From the NCBI GenBank assembly GCA_012295275.1, contig CM022672.1, positions 8,432,001-8,496,000 on the forward strand: a stretch of DNA of 64,000 nt, written 5' to 3'. Shown in pieces: positions 27,610-41,944 of the stretch; within the stretch, counting starts at the first letter, position 1, and every line of letters begins with the position of its first letter. Source of the stretch: Chrysomallon squamiferum (Eukaryota; Animalia; Mollusca). A program made the translations under genes and the position numbers. A model generated the notes under the pieces. It saw nothing but the letters and a program-made list of their open reading frames with translations. It had not been told where the DNA came from and did not search any database.

Positions 27610-30600
27610 GCGAGTTTTGAGCTTTAATCTTATATTAATTACAGACACTTTAGTTTTTGTTTGTAAAATTATAAAGTAAATATAAACCTTTGGGTTAATT
27701 TTATCTACGTTAACTTCAAACATAAACCAGGTAATTATCGTTATTTTATTTGGTTTTTACTCTGTATCAAGATACAGTAATATAATGATACCGCTGTCTT
27801 TGCTATCAGATTATATTGCAAAGCTTGTTGAATCCTGTTTTATTGCGTTAAATACGGTAAGCCGCCTACTCACCTCATTTCAATCTTCCTAGTGGAAGAA
27901 GGTTGAGAAATTACAATTGAAAAATGAGAAAGATGATTAGTTTATTAAAAAAAAATATATTATTTAATAACAGATTACGCCCAACTTTTCTCCTTTAAAG
28001 TTAAAATTAAATTGTGTATGAGTGTGTTGAAGCGTACGTTTGTGAATAAATGTATTACTTTTCATGTATGTATGTATATATGCATGAATATATTATATGT
28101 GTATGTGTATGTATGTGTGCGTTGTTTTATTCATCTGCGTGTTTTTAATTATTAGCGGCTTTATATTGGTTGATATATTTCACTGTGTTACGCAAAAACA
28201 GATATTAAATAAAAAACTATTTTTCAAAACACCATATCGTAACAACATAATAGAATCACTGACATTAACATTTTAAAAGTGTTTATAATCCACTTTTATC
28301 AGAAAGATGCTGTGGATTGTTGTAAATTTAGAAAACCAACCTATTGTAAATACTGCTGACTAGCAAAATCAAATTCACTGTCTTAAAAAACAGCTCAGAT
28401 TAAAATGTAAAAAGTTAAATCTCACTGCCAGCTGAAAAGTATAAAATGTTAAAACTTCTTTGTCGCTCAGATGCGTAAAATGCAAAATGAATTAACGTTT
28501 GAAATGCTTTGAAAGATTTTTTCACACAGTGGCTTAGTCACGAAAGGAAAAGGATTAATACTTAAAGGATAAATATTGATCTGAAAAAACGAAAAATGAA
28601 AGTTAATTCTAAATAGTACGGAAATGAAAAATTTACAAAAGTAAATTGATTACAAGTGTGGTATGATTGAAAATATTGGATTTATTTCGTGCTGCCTGAC
28701 GTCTGTTCAGATTCTCTCAGTTTTTTGCTGTGCCACCAAAACGTGAAAGGACAATACTGAAAAACCCTTGTTTCTGAAAAACCCTTGTTGAAATCGCACT
28801 CGTGGGCAAACATGCCACTTTGCGAATTAACGGGCATTTTTTGTAAATTTTCTCTTTGATTTTCTTCGCTTTATGATTGATGTTTCATCAAAATCTAAAG
28901 AACGATAACAAGCAGAGAGAAAAAAAGTAGAAAAGAAACACTGAAATTTCTAAGAAAAAAAATTATTAAAAATATAACAAGTAAGCAGGTCTCTCGCTAC
29001 ACGTCAGATTTCACCGTTTGAATTTCTGACACTTTTGTCCTTGAAGTGAAAAGCACTGGGCTTTAATAGAATGAGAAATAAGTGGATTGGAGATTTATTT
29101 AAGCTGCAAAGAAGAAATGAGAAATTATTATAGCCTCGTAAACAAGAGTGAGAAGACGACGCAGCAAACCGCCTGTGATCAAAGTAACAAAAGGTTATGT
29201 TCGGCACTTTCCGGTTCGCTTCACCGTCATTGCGATATCTGGGCGAAATCCCACTCTTAAGAGAACCGACAACTTTTACTGTCAAATTTGGCGACAAATG
29301 CAATAAAATGGCGATCAGGAGGCATTACATCCACTGCCGTTTCCATCAGCGGCAGGCCTGATAAGAAGAATTTACAATCGCTTGACAAAGAAGGTTGCAT
29401 TTCTCCTCGCATTGCGTGCCCAAGTTATCGTGCCATTTGCAAATGGCTGGCGGTGTAAGAGCGATGGTATGATGAAATTTAGTTTCGTGTGAGCTGGTAA
29501 TTGAGTGACATAACCATTCAATGAACGCTGTAACCCCGCACACGCCAACTACGACAACATGCTGTTCTAACGTTCGTTATAAAATGAATTCAAACACGAC
29601 GACAACAAACTCGTAATTGAATGACTTAGCATCAGCGAAACTCAGTGCTTCGTTCATTACGAGATGACATCATTTACGGCTTCCAAGTTGACATGCTGTA
29701 CTAACGATATTACAAGATTATTGCAAACACGACAACGGCAAGCTCGCTACAGACTGATACAACATCCGAACGACCACCACCGTTCTGACTTTCACTGCGA
29801 GATGACCTCGCGCATCACGACTCGTGTGACAAGGTTAACTCGAATATTGTCATGAAGCATTAACCTGATAAATAAAGAGAAAATGTAATAAACAGAAAAA
29901 TGACAGTCTGGGGAACTCACTGAAACCAGACATTTGTTTAGCGTAAGGATCTGGGGTTTGTGTGGCCATGCGTTCCTTACCTCATCGTAATGAACTGCTA
30001 ACCGATATTTTATTTTTGTGATTAAACACATTTCATCTCGACAGTGATTCTCACCACCTTGGCCACCACCTCCTTTTTGAAATCAGGATCTGCCCCTGGC
30101 CATTATTCTATAACAATATGTTGTTTATTGGTCATAGCTTTGAATTATTCTACAATACACAGTAGTTGCCTTAATTACATGTTTTATATTCATTTTGTAG
30201 CTGAACCGTACTGGACAATGTCCGGAGTTGAGATTTACCATTATAAAGAAAATAAATGTAATTTTCTCCGAGTCATTGTTCAGTGTGTGAGCTCTACACT
30301 ATTAACTCCCACGTAACAGCCAGTAAAGTTACAAACTTTGACTAGCGTCTGTGTAAGGCAACTTAATTAATCACTGCACTGGTTTTTCTGAACATCACAC
30401 TAAGACATGTGCTACGCCTTTCAAGAACAGAGAATTCGCATCAGAATTGCTATGTCTATGGATAAAATATTTATGGTGCGTAACTTCGGTTTTCTTTCTT
30501 TTTTTTTCTTTTTTTTTCTTCTTTTTTCCCCTTATTCCAACCGTTACTTCACCGATTGGCTGTCAAATCATGGTACGTCAGTTTATTGTTTATGTAAAGT

Positions 30601-31595
30601 CATTGTTGGTCACATGTAAAGAAATGCACATAAACAGACGGTTTTCACTCTCGTACCGTGATTACAGATTTGATCAACTCTTAATGTTTTCTTAATATAA
30701 AAACTACAACATTTGATACTTTTGAAACATTTTACACATTTTACACCATCTTGACACAGATCACTGATAAGAAAAACGAAATTTTTAGCTTTTCTTATTT
30801 TGTATAAAAACGAACGTGGGGGGTTTTAGCAATTCTTGCACAATGGTCGTTGTCGTACATAAAATAAATTATTGACAGGAGTAAATATTAAAGCATTACA
30901 TCAAAAGACTTAATACATTCGCTATCACCTATAAAACAGTAAACTGTTTGTTTATCAGTTCATAGCCTTTATAAAACTGTCCTTGCAAGCGAGCTGGTGT
31001 TTGCGATTGTTCACGAATTATGTTAGCTCTGCCTCTAAATAAACGGACTAAAACTGGGTAGAATAAAATAGCTTTTTTGCCTTCGGTGTTTTCCGATTTA
31101 CTAGCTTGGCCTTTGTCTTCTTAGAAAAATAAATTTGAATACATCGAAATAAAAAACCTTCCGGATCTTTCTCCAATCTCACTTTTATGACAATGACCAG
31201 CGCTCGTAAAAACGCTTCTAGGCACGCGAGCTGCCAATGAACGTAAAGTGCAGCAAATCTCAGTTATAGCACGGATCTCTCTCTTCGTCAAATATAAATT
31301 TCAACCACAAAAAAACCCCGCATACTTTGGTGCTTATATTTACTTGAAATAAGTTAGTGTTGTGAAAATAAACAGTAATATTTTTCCTGTATAAACACAG
31401 CGACCCCGAGCGATCATATTTTGAAAGAAGAATCGTCTGGGAGCTAATGGAATTAGCTGGCTTCAAAGAAACCAGAAAATTATATCAGCCAATGATTTTG
31501 TCTGGTTTTTATGAAAAATGAATAAAAATTCTTCTCAGTGATACCAGATTGAAGACTGGATGTTTTATTTTACTGTTCAAATATTTGGTAACGTC

Positions 31596-31596
<1 letters not shown>

Positions 31597-31663
<67 letters not shown>

Positions 31664-31863
31664 GATAATAATATTTATAACAGTGATGATATTAACGATG
31701 ATAATGACGATGATGATAATTACAATGTTAGTATTGATATTAGTAGCAAAGTAATAATAATAAAAATAATAACAATAATAACGATAATATTTATGATAAT
31801 GATGATAATACTGATGATAATGACGATGATGATAATGATAGTGGTCGTATTGATAGTAGTAGT

Positions 31864-31922
<59 letters not shown>

Positions 31923-31933
31923 AAGAAGAAGAG
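31597..31933. repeat. Compound (AAT)n/(GAT)n/(GAA)n tract
   Basis: Directly visible. Confidence 0.95.
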
Positions 31934-32540
31934 AAAATCATGACGAAGATGATAAAAACAAGACCAAAAACCAGCTGAAATAACAGGAAAAGCAAGTAGT
32001 TTAGAAATATGTGTACAGAAGGATTTATTACTAATAATCATTAAATAGAGTTTGTATGTTGACATCTAGTAGCTGTTAATGTTAAACAAAAGATCATTAT
32101 TTTATCTGGTCACGTTCGGACGCAGAGTGAGAAAGCGGCCCAGTGTATCCGTGTGTGGGAAAACAAGTTCGTGTAGTTTTGTGAAAAATATAATGTAGTC
32201 ATGTGACCGGTAGAGAACACGCAATACACAATGCTAAAAGTTACACGTTACGACTACCACAGAACACTTCTCACAATAAACAACGAAATGGAACTGATCT
32301 TTCAAGATTCTCGTTTTAAAAAGTTGTTGAAAAACGTGTTGGAGAAACAGAAAAGCGAGTTTGAAAACGACTGAGTTGACAATCGATAGACATGGCCTCA
32401 CCTTTGAAGTCCACTGAACGTTGTGATTGCTGCTTTTTCTCCTCAAGATTTCTCGTTAATTAACGACAGGACTTGATATTTGTTAACAATCACAATCTGT
32501 CAGCGTGTTGACGTAAAAAAAAAAAAAAATCTAGAGAAGC

Positions 32541-32719
32541 AGGCATGTTAAAAACTACTTGTTAAAATAGCCTACACAGAACTGACAATAAATAGGCATG
32601 TTGTAAAACCACTTGCTTTTAAAAATAGTTTGTGTAGAAATGAAAAAATAGGCATGTTGTAAAAAACCACTTGTTAAAAAGTAATTTTGAAAACTACCGA
32701 TCTTTTTTTTTAACAAGTG
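32541..32719. repeat. ~55-bp tandem repeat (3 copies) followed by an inverted partial copy
   Basis: AGGCATGTT..AAAA..CYACTTG anchors at 32541, 32594 and 32650; CACTTGTTAAAAA (32668-32680) is inverted at 32707-32719. Confidence 0.8.
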
Positions 32720-34093
32720 TGTATAGAAAAGACTAATAATAAATATAGTCACGTGTTTCTCGTGTTAATCTAAGTTTTATCGACAAGTTTCGGAAATTCA
32801 CATACATTTTACCGTGATTTTTATAAATAACCAAACATTGTTATACCTAAACGACTTGACCAATTTGCAAACTCCTCTACATTTATTCAAACCTAGGCAT
32901 TTTTGAAAACCATCCAGTGATATACTGGTGTATAGTAGTAGTAAAGTAGTATGGTAACAGACACTCTGAAAAAAAAAAAAATCTCGCATTATGCTGGTAA
33001 ATCCCAACAATAAATCAAGATGGTAAGAGGATTGTGTGTGTAAACAGAAATAAAGCAGCATGTGGTCTGACCGAAGAAGAACAGGAGATAAACATCGTGA
33101 AAAACAAATCGATTATCAGCACGTTAATCTACGATACCTGCAAGTCAAGACACGTGCACCGCGCTTCACACATGATGTTTTTTAGAAAACCTACTCAGTG
33201 TGTTAAACCTATTACAACTGTGTCAACACTGCAACGTCTAAACAACCGGATCTTACTTCTGAGTCCGAGCACAAATGATGCTTTATGAAAACAAGATAAG
33301 CTTGCTTGCGAAAACGTCTCGTGTTCCAAAGACGTCATCGTTACACAGATTCTCTTCATAGTGTCCTTTTTAAAAAAAAAATTCAGTCATCGATATTGAA
33401 CAGAACTTTGTTAATGTCTGCCTGTCTTCAACATCTGTTAGCCAACCTAACTTAACATCAGCTTAGTTAGTCAGATCACTCAGCGCATTAGTTGAAAATA
33501 TCCGCAGCCTTCACCTTGTTCTGCTCCGTACTTTATCACAAGGTCTGACGCGTCCACTGTAATCACTGGGAAATGGTTCGATTCTCCTTCACGTCTGCAT
33601 CGGATCTGACGAGAAACGACACCAACTACGGCAGTTATTTTAATCGATTAGCAACAAAATATCGTTTGTACACACCTTCCTGCAGACAGGAAGACTTTGT
33701 CTGATAAAACTTGGACATATAACGATCGCAGTGGACAACACAAAAGATTCGAATCTCAACATGTGTGTTTGTTTTGTTTCTTTTTATGAGAAAAAATCCG
33801 ATTTTGTATTTTGTGTGCTTCTTTTATCTGAAAGTGATTTCTAAAAATAAACATGTACTGATTTAAATAGAAAAGCTATTTGCTCGGTATTCGATACAGT
33901 AAGAAAATGACATTCTGAATAACCAGACGGAAGTAATGTGACTTGACCATTCTCTGTGTGGGGAATAACGAGGAATCTCAGTCGAAGCGGGTCGAACCTG
34001 CCACTGTATAATTCAAGAGATCACCGATTTCAGTTCCATTTAATCTTATTTAACCATGGAAACCTTAGCAGCTACTTCGTAATTCCAAACTCT

Positions 34094-34141
<48 letters not shown>

Positions 34142-35155
34142 ATCTATGTCTATATCTTTCCCTTTTATATACACAGAAATATCCAAAACAGCAAATAAGA
34201 AACTTAATTTTAAAAAGAAATGAAAAAAACCTAAATGAAAATAATAAATCGATCCTATATTAGATGTGGAAAATCACATATCTAATAACACACTTGTGTT
34301 TACATCTAGCACATGTCTTATGTCTCAGTAGAAAGGATTCCTAACACACTGACATACTAAAGCTGTTTGTCATCTAGAGGAATCCGTTTCCAAAGAAAAC
34401 TGAAACGTATTCGACGAACACTTTTTATTAAATTCGTCTTTTGTCTTAATAACAGCAGGGTAAAGTCTTTATCCCAGAGACTTGTTTACACATATCTGTA
34501 AAAATTATATAAACTGTCTGTGTCTATTTTCTCTTATATTTGAAAGGTAAACTAACATATTCCCCGTTCCACCACTACTCGTGTATGAAGGACTGCTTTT
34601 GTTTCGTACATGGCCAAGCATATTATAAAAATACTGCTTGCTGTTAAACCTTAAATGTTTTCTCTCACTACCGAAATAAAAAAATTAAATAAAATAAATA
34701 AATAAATAAATCGAAAAATAGATATATAGATAGATACATATGATTTATATTTACACACACACACACACGTACCGATACATAAATAAATAAAAATATTAAA
34801 AAATAAAAAAAGGTATGAAAAACCAGTTGACATGTAACCAGTGTTAAATGTGATCAAGCTAATATTCACTTTAAAACGTGTATTGAAAGACGACACAGAA
34901 CTTAGTTTGCCCTACGTGTGTGATGGTTGATACCTGACATGTGCAAATTAGGAAGAATGATTGTTTGTCTCATGTCATCACATATTTATAGTAATGGTTA
35001 TTAACCGTCAGATTTTCTACCGAAAGCATGAACAGTCAGGCAGTGAATTTTCTTAACGATTAACAGCACTGGATCTATTTTATGAATTGTCCAGTGGAAG
35101 ACAGAAATAAATGAAAAACATAATTTGGCCTGTAATGAATTTATTATGACATACT

Positions 35156-35225
35156 GGGCAGATCTAGCGTAGCTGAGTAGATGTACCACCATGGAGAATC
35201 GATCCTGCCACCGACCACTGGGCAA
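35156..35225 (+). mobile_element. Possible degraded tRNA-derived SINE head
   Basis: CGTAGCTGAGTAG is A-box-like and GAATCGATCC is B-box-like, followed by CCACTGGGC. This resembles, from memory, the head of the SINE family seen at 37357 and 59528. Confidence 0.25.
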
Positions 35226-37356
35226 GATCCTGCTTGTACACCCACTAGGACAAATTTTTAAAAAGTTTAACTTTTAAAACTTATTTTTTTATCTATTCGT
35301 TCAGAAATAATCAAGTGCAGATAATAATTTAAAACGACAAAATGCAGTATTTGTACAGCTACTTATCATGAACTCAGTAAACCAGTCCTAAATCCCTTTT
35401 GAAATCTGTTTTCAGCACAAACGTCATGCACGAAGGATCACGTATAAAATCATTTCTGAGTTTTACCTTAAAAAAAAACCGAAATATGACTAGATAGTGG
35501 ATTTACTCATTCCTCACCGTGTGAGATCTCAGAAATTACTTTAAAACCACGTTAAGATTCTAATACGGGAATACCAGTGATTCCTGTTTATTTCTTTTTA
35601 GATCAGTTTGCACAGAAAAGCGGAGACGAAAAAAGCGAGCTAGTAAATCCAGCCTTGCTTTGGCTGCAGTTTGTCGCAAACAGAAGATCTGCGTCCATTT
35701 CGTCAGCTAAAGACATCATGGGTTAATCTGAAAGTATTGCAGTCAATGAATGGAGTTCAACTTCTCTACTTTGTTAATGTTAAAATCAATATCAGCTTTA
35801 TCTTCTTTTGGCCAAACCAAAGTCTGCAGCACGTACCCAGGATTCGACGACTCGGCTCTAAGCCTCTTGGAATAACAGACCAAGAATTAAATTCTAAGGC
35901 CAACACTTTTTTCTTTTCATGCCTTAATGACGTGTTGGCATTCCTAATATGAACATTAGTGGCAATGGAAAGCTGGGTTTTTGAAAATAATAAAGTTACC
36001 TTTTTTCTGACTTCCTTTAATGTAAAGGTCTTTCGGCACGCTAGCAATAATTATGTTTTGTAATCTTGTGCAATAACTTTTAATTATTTTTCGAGCATTT
36101 TCTCACCGCAACCGCAAAATGGTTTTGTCAACCAGAAATGAATATTATCGATATTTCAGAAATTGCTTTATAGACATGCACTTTGCTGCACGCCACCTTA
36201 TCCGTTTATTGCTTGGAAGATTGGATGTGAGAAACGGGCCCCTTGTGTGTTTGAAAAACACTTGTCGCTTGTGTGCTTGTCAAATAGCGGCACTAGTCGT
36301 TTGTAACACAAATGACCTGTAACATGTTTGTAATGATAACGATAATGGCGATTTGTGAGAAATAAATAAATAAACAAATAAATAAATAAATATGTAAATT
36401 CTACATATAAAATAATAATAAAAAGCAAATTTAGCGGAAAAAAAAAAAAAAAAAAAAAAAACGGAAAAAAGATAGAATGTAAACGCTATTTTCCAAATAA
36501 TAGAAGAAAAAATATATATATGTATGTTTGACGTCGGTGTTTGCATTTGTATGCATACATCCACACGCATAACATACTACACGCTTGTATTTAGGTTTGA
36601 CATGTACAGAAAGAAGATAAAAAAAGATAAAATCGACTGAGAAACCTGTGATCACGTTGACACAAAGTGTCAGCAATATTTATTTATTCTGCAAGACATA
36701 AAATAAAACACGTCGTAAACTAAATATAAATAAAAAATATTATCACATTCGATCATTGTAAACTGATATTTTTCTCTTCTTTTTTCTTCTTCTTCTTCTT
36801 CTTTTTTTTTTTTTTTTTTTTCCCACCAGCATTATAAAAACATTAAAGGTTAAAAAAAAAAAAAAAAAAAAAAAAATTCATAATCAGGGTTTCTTCATTT
36901 GCATTTATTTGTTTATGAAGAAAAGGTAAAAGTGCGGTATAAAATAACAAAAGTTAGAATATTTTGTGTTCTCTGTGTTTTTAGACACGTGATTTGCTGT
37001 TAAGAGTACTAAACAACAACAACAAAAAAAAAAAAGGTGAGGAGAAGAGATATGAAAGATGTGTAAAAGATGATTAAAGTGATCTTCCACAAAGCTTGAG
37101 TTCTGTTGAATTTACAGTAATTTTGTCAAAGATGTCTCGAGTATTTATGAAATCACCGGACATGTCAATATTCTATTCATTCTGAGAGTATAAATGCTAT
37201 TGTATAATTCTGAATATAAAATAAATCTAGTTATTCTCATACTTGAATAAATAAAGAAAGAAAGAAAGAAAGAAAGAAAGAATAATAAAGAACTAAAAAT
37301 ACAATCAAAACAAACAAACAAACAAAAATGACTGGATTTAACATGTTAAGATATTT

Positions 37357-37555
37357 ATTGGAATAATTCTCGTTCCAACCACTGCTCCACGGATGAAACT
37401 ATACTGGTACGTGCTGTCTTGTCTGTTGTATATGAAAGATCGCTCGCTGCTGACTGATAGACATAGACAACACACGAGAGGAATTTCATAGTTTTATCCC
37501 ACATCTTATAGCCGTTAATATTCAAATGCCGTTAAACAAAAACCTAATTCATTCA
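37357..37555 (+). mobile_element. 5'-truncated, degraded SINE body of Nin/Deu-domain type
   Basis: Collinear blocks ATTGGAATAATTCTCGTTCCAACCACTGCTCCACG / TGGTACGTGCTGTCTTGTCTGT / GTATATGAAAGATCGCTCGCTGCT / TATAGCCGTTAAT / CCGTTAAACAAAAAC plus an ATTC tail. They match the invertebrate SINE core I recall (..TTCTCGTTCCAGCCAGTGC..TGGTATGTGCTATCCTGTCTGT..ATATAAAAGATCCCTTGCTGCT..GTCGTTAAATAAAAC). Family assignment is from memory, not from a search. Confidence 0.7.
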
Positions 37556-39818
37556 GTCGTTTTATATTAAAATATAGACATAGAACTCCTGGACCACATC
37601 TAAATCTTCGCTGCAGTTATTGTTTTCATTTTTGCATGGACTTTAGCTGCATCGTTAATTTTTTTAAAATTTTTTTTATTATTATTATTATTATTATTAC
37701 TATTTTACACATTTTTGTGGTTTTTGCTGCTCTGTATCATCCGGAAATCCGGCAATTTGCCTGTCAGCAGATCAGTCGTGGTGATGTGTGTAGTCTCTAA
37801 CATTCAGATAACAGGTGATTATTTTTCTAAACAAAGTCTCTCAGACAATAACATCTTTTCACGAAATTCGGCTGATCGATAAGCTAGATGCAGTGGAGCG
37901 TAACACCGCGGTCTGCCGCCGACGTGATGGTAAGACCTCTACTGCTTGGACAGTTTTCGGTGTACGACGGCTTTGACGAAATCAATGTAAATTCAACAGC
38001 TCTCGTTCACTGTGGAACATCACTTTTAAACATGTGCAACTTGTCATCTGCACGAGGCGATGAAAACTCTTTGAGTATTTGCATTGACTGCCGCGGAACA
38101 GAAAATAAATTCAGAGTTAGACCATTGTTTGAGTCTGCAGCGACCTGACTGGCACTAATCCAAGAAGAGAGAGAGAAAAAAAAAATAATATGGTTGTGGA
38201 AAAGAAAATATAAAAAGGAGACGAGGGGATGAGAGAGAAGAAATGACGAAATTTCAAAACAGATCTGAGAAAAAAGGGATATAAATATTGATGTCATATG
38301 AAAGAAAATGGTGGAGAAAACGAAACATAAAAATCAAAAAAACTTAAATTAAAAAATTCAAATTAAAAATTAAAAAAATAAAATAAAATAAAACAGATAC
38401 TTAAAAACAAATAATAACAATAATAATTTCATTAAACAGAATCATAATTCTGGCAGCGCAATGTATAGAGAAATAAAACATATTTCAAAGAAAGAACAAA
38501 ATCTATTTGTTCGGAAAGGCAGACAGTCTGTACAATCTATCTTACAGCGTGTACAATTATTCCTGGCGTTGTCTAGGAAGTGTGTTGATGTTTTTTTAAA
38601 ATAAAGTTACTTGTTAACGAAACCGGATTCCGATCAAACATTCGGAAATATTGTCATCTGTGTTGTGTCTTGCGTAGATGAAAAAATACTATAGCATACA
38701 CGTTAAAAAATATAGAACTGTGGTGTTTTGGTAAGTGTCGCCGTACATTTGGTTCAGATGACAAATAGTAACTGTTTTGGCCTTACAAATAGTATCTTTA
38801 AAACAAATAAAGGTGTAGATGAGAATGTGTACGGATACTGAATGAAAGATACTGGTAAATAAATATTTATGTAAAAAAAATATCATTACAATAATTATTA
38901 TAATTTCAAGCTGCGATATCCTGTAAGAAAAGACTATTTTTGTTTTGACTGGTATAGCTGCTAAAGAACTACTGTGAGAAATGTTAAACAAAATAATATA
39001 TATATATATATATATTTATAAAATGTAATTTATTAAATCATAATTTCATGCTGTGAATTGTAAAGTTTTACAGAAAGTGTGAAATGTTATTTCAGTTATT
39101 AGTTATGTTACACGCAGTATCTAGAGGCAGATACAATTTTTTAAAGTCAAATTTAACTCTATCGATTAAATTGATTTACAATCAGATAGACATACTGCTA
39201 AAAAGATCGATAGACAGATAGATGCATACAAACATACAGACAGACAGATAAATAAATAAATAATGAGATAGATACAAGAAAATAATAATTAGGAAAAAAG
39301 TTAGAGAAAGAAAAAAAGAGAGAGAAAAAAAAAAGGAAACAGAAATGAAAATAGACACAATGAGAATGATAGATGCACTCCCAAACATAATGCCTGGACG
39401 CGCACACATACTCACATGATGCAGTTTGAATCAGATGAGATATTTTCTTAAGTGAAGCAATGGAGAAGATTTTGACTTGTAAAATCTTTTACTGTCGAAT
39501 TATGAAAGGATTTAATAACGGTGATGAATATTTTGTTCTCCGTGTTATTGTTATCCCGCTGATGAAATAAAAACGAATTAAACTGTCGTTAACCGATATC
39601 TTCATATAAAAAGGGAATTAAGACTGTAAACGTGAAAGGCTTCTGTTCGTGACTATGATGTCGAGATTAGCAAGAGAATGCTGTAATGAGTTTACTGAAA
39701 CGAAGACGTAAATTGTTTTATCTCTTCTACATCAAAACACAGCAAGACTTTTGTGTAAAAAAATACAAAACGTTTAAAGGCTGTTATATATGAATCGACA
39801 GAAAATAGAATGAAATGG

Positions 39819-39824
<6 letters not shown>

Positions 39825-39896
<72 letters not shown>
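39825..39896. repeat. (GA)n microsatellite
   Basis: Directly visible. Confidence 0.95.
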
Positions 39897-39897
<1 letters not shown>

Positions 39898-41484
39898 AAA
39901 TTAATAAAACGTCTAAGATAATTTTATTTAATGTACGCTCACCAGTATGCTAAGTCAATACTGTTAGAGTTATATCAGAAATCAAATAAGAACTATTTAA
40001 TGTATTTTACTCTATATTACTTGCTAGTGAGCTTCATGTGCCAGACTGCACGTACCATGTCTTTATACGTGCAGAGGAAAATGAAACTGTTCCGCTAGCA
40101 GAGATCGATCCAACAACGTCTTGTACATTAGTGAAACACTCTTGATGTCACGTGGTTAATTCCCACTGATAAATTTTCCCTCACTTTAATGAGAGCACCG
40201 CACTAATTCTGTCGACGTACACATGTGTTGCTGAGATAAATAGGATTTATATTTTAAGAAAAAACACGTCCATGCTTGTCATGATATATTTCATAGTAAT
40301 ACGTTACCCTAGCAAAAATAACTCAGTAAAATTAAATTAAAATCTGATTTAGATAAATGTATTTTTTCTGTAGTCGACGAGCCGATTCTACTATAGTCAC
40401 TTACAATTAGGGTTTAATATAAAAACGAAAAGAAGAGAAAAGTAAGTTTTAAATTACTTAAGAATTTTTCTTCTTGCTGAAGTCTGTATCAGCGGTAAGC
40501 ATATTGCATGTTTATCTAACGTGTTTGAATAACTAACAGTATTACATCAGATAGGTGCTAATGTCAATCCGGTTTGTGTTAATATTCTCTAATGAAAGAA
40601 AATAAATCGAAAGAGATAAAATATGCATTCTCCTTGAATTATTTTGCATTAAATGAACAAGGTATCTGATAAAAATAAAGTACCGACTAACTCGGAATAA
40701 ATTGAAAGTCATTAACCTAACGAATCGAAACTTTGGGCGTAAATGCTGAATGAGTATTCCCTAGAAGTCGCGGGATCAGTTCTGTTAAATGCTTTTTCTT
40801 ATCAAAAGACGTGTTATGTATTTTCCAGTTTACAGGAAGGTGAATATAGAATTTCCTTGCTGCTAACACAATAAGCAAATATACGATGATAGCAGATCTT
40901 TTTTTTGTTACATCATAATAAAACAAGAAATGTTTAACTGACAACTAATAACTATTAAGAAATTTGTAAACGTTACTGTTTTTAATCACTTATACCTTTC
41001 TTAGACTTTTGTTTCATTTGAGTCTAAAGTGTTGAATTACCTTTGACAAAACTGTAACCTACTATATAGTACATGACTAATTAAACCCAATAAATTTGAC
41101 AGTTGTGGTACTATTACACGATATCAAAGAAACATAATATATATATATATATATATATCAGTGAATTTCTAGGACTTTCTCTCGTTCGTCAAAATTAATA
41201 GGAAAACAATAACCACCAATAATATATCAGTCTTTGTCAGTAATAACTTATTTAGATTTTTAAAAAGAGCGGAGTTTATTAACAATATTCATTTTTATGT
41301 ATGATAAATTGTTTTGTTTCTTTTAGATTTATCTTCATTTAGAACCCGTATTTTGTTTTTATGAACTAATTAGCGATAAAACGAACTGTGAAAAAAAAGT
41401 CCCACCATCATTAACTTCGTATCCATCGGAGACTGATTAATAAACCCATTTTTCATGTTCACTGCTACACGATACAAAATTCAA

Positions 41485-41486
<2 letters not shown>

Positions 41487-41550
<64 letters not shown>

Positions 41551-41593
41551 CTTAATAATAATAACAACAACAACAATAATATTAACAATAATA
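41487..41593. repeat. (AAT)n/(AAC)n microsatellite
   Basis: Directly visible. Confidence 0.95.
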
Positions 41594-41689
41594 AGACATG
41601 TTTATACACTTACCTAGACTTGTCAAGTCACAGTCAAGTGAAACTAATCACTTATCAAACAGTGCAAAAAGTAAGTCCAAAAACAACAC

Positions 41690-41890
41690 AAAGTTAGTTG
41701 GCCGCTTCACCAAATGTCTTTCCACTAACTGTAAGCGTAGATGGTCGCGGCAATATGGTAGGACTGTTTTGGCCAATCACGGCTGTTTCTTGACCAATGG
41801 GCCAATTCCAGATCATGTTAGCTCGTAGACTTGAGCGAGGTGTCTGCCTCACTGCATAGCGAGATTCTGCGATCGATGTCCCTCGTTCGT
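41690..41890 (+). promoter_or_regulatory. GC-rich island with three same-strand CCAAT boxes (NF-Y-like)
   Basis: GGCCAATCA (CCAAT 41773-41777), GACCAATGG (41794-41798), GGCCAATT (41802-41806). Confidence 0.35.
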
Positions 41891-41944
41891 TTAACATTGA
41901 TTATAGTTTTGTGCGAAGCGATTTCAGAACGAAAACGACCGATA

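Noticed and set aside
31560-32065. ORFs with poly-I/Y/H/S/F/L tracts (also poly-ER/SL, poly-N, YIHT/MYVC and Thr-rich 56125-56467)
   Set aside because: Direct translations of microsatellites.
36287-36297. 11-nt match to the middle of miR-252 (ACTAGTGCCGC, minus strand)
   Set aside because: The seed region does not match and there is no hairpin.
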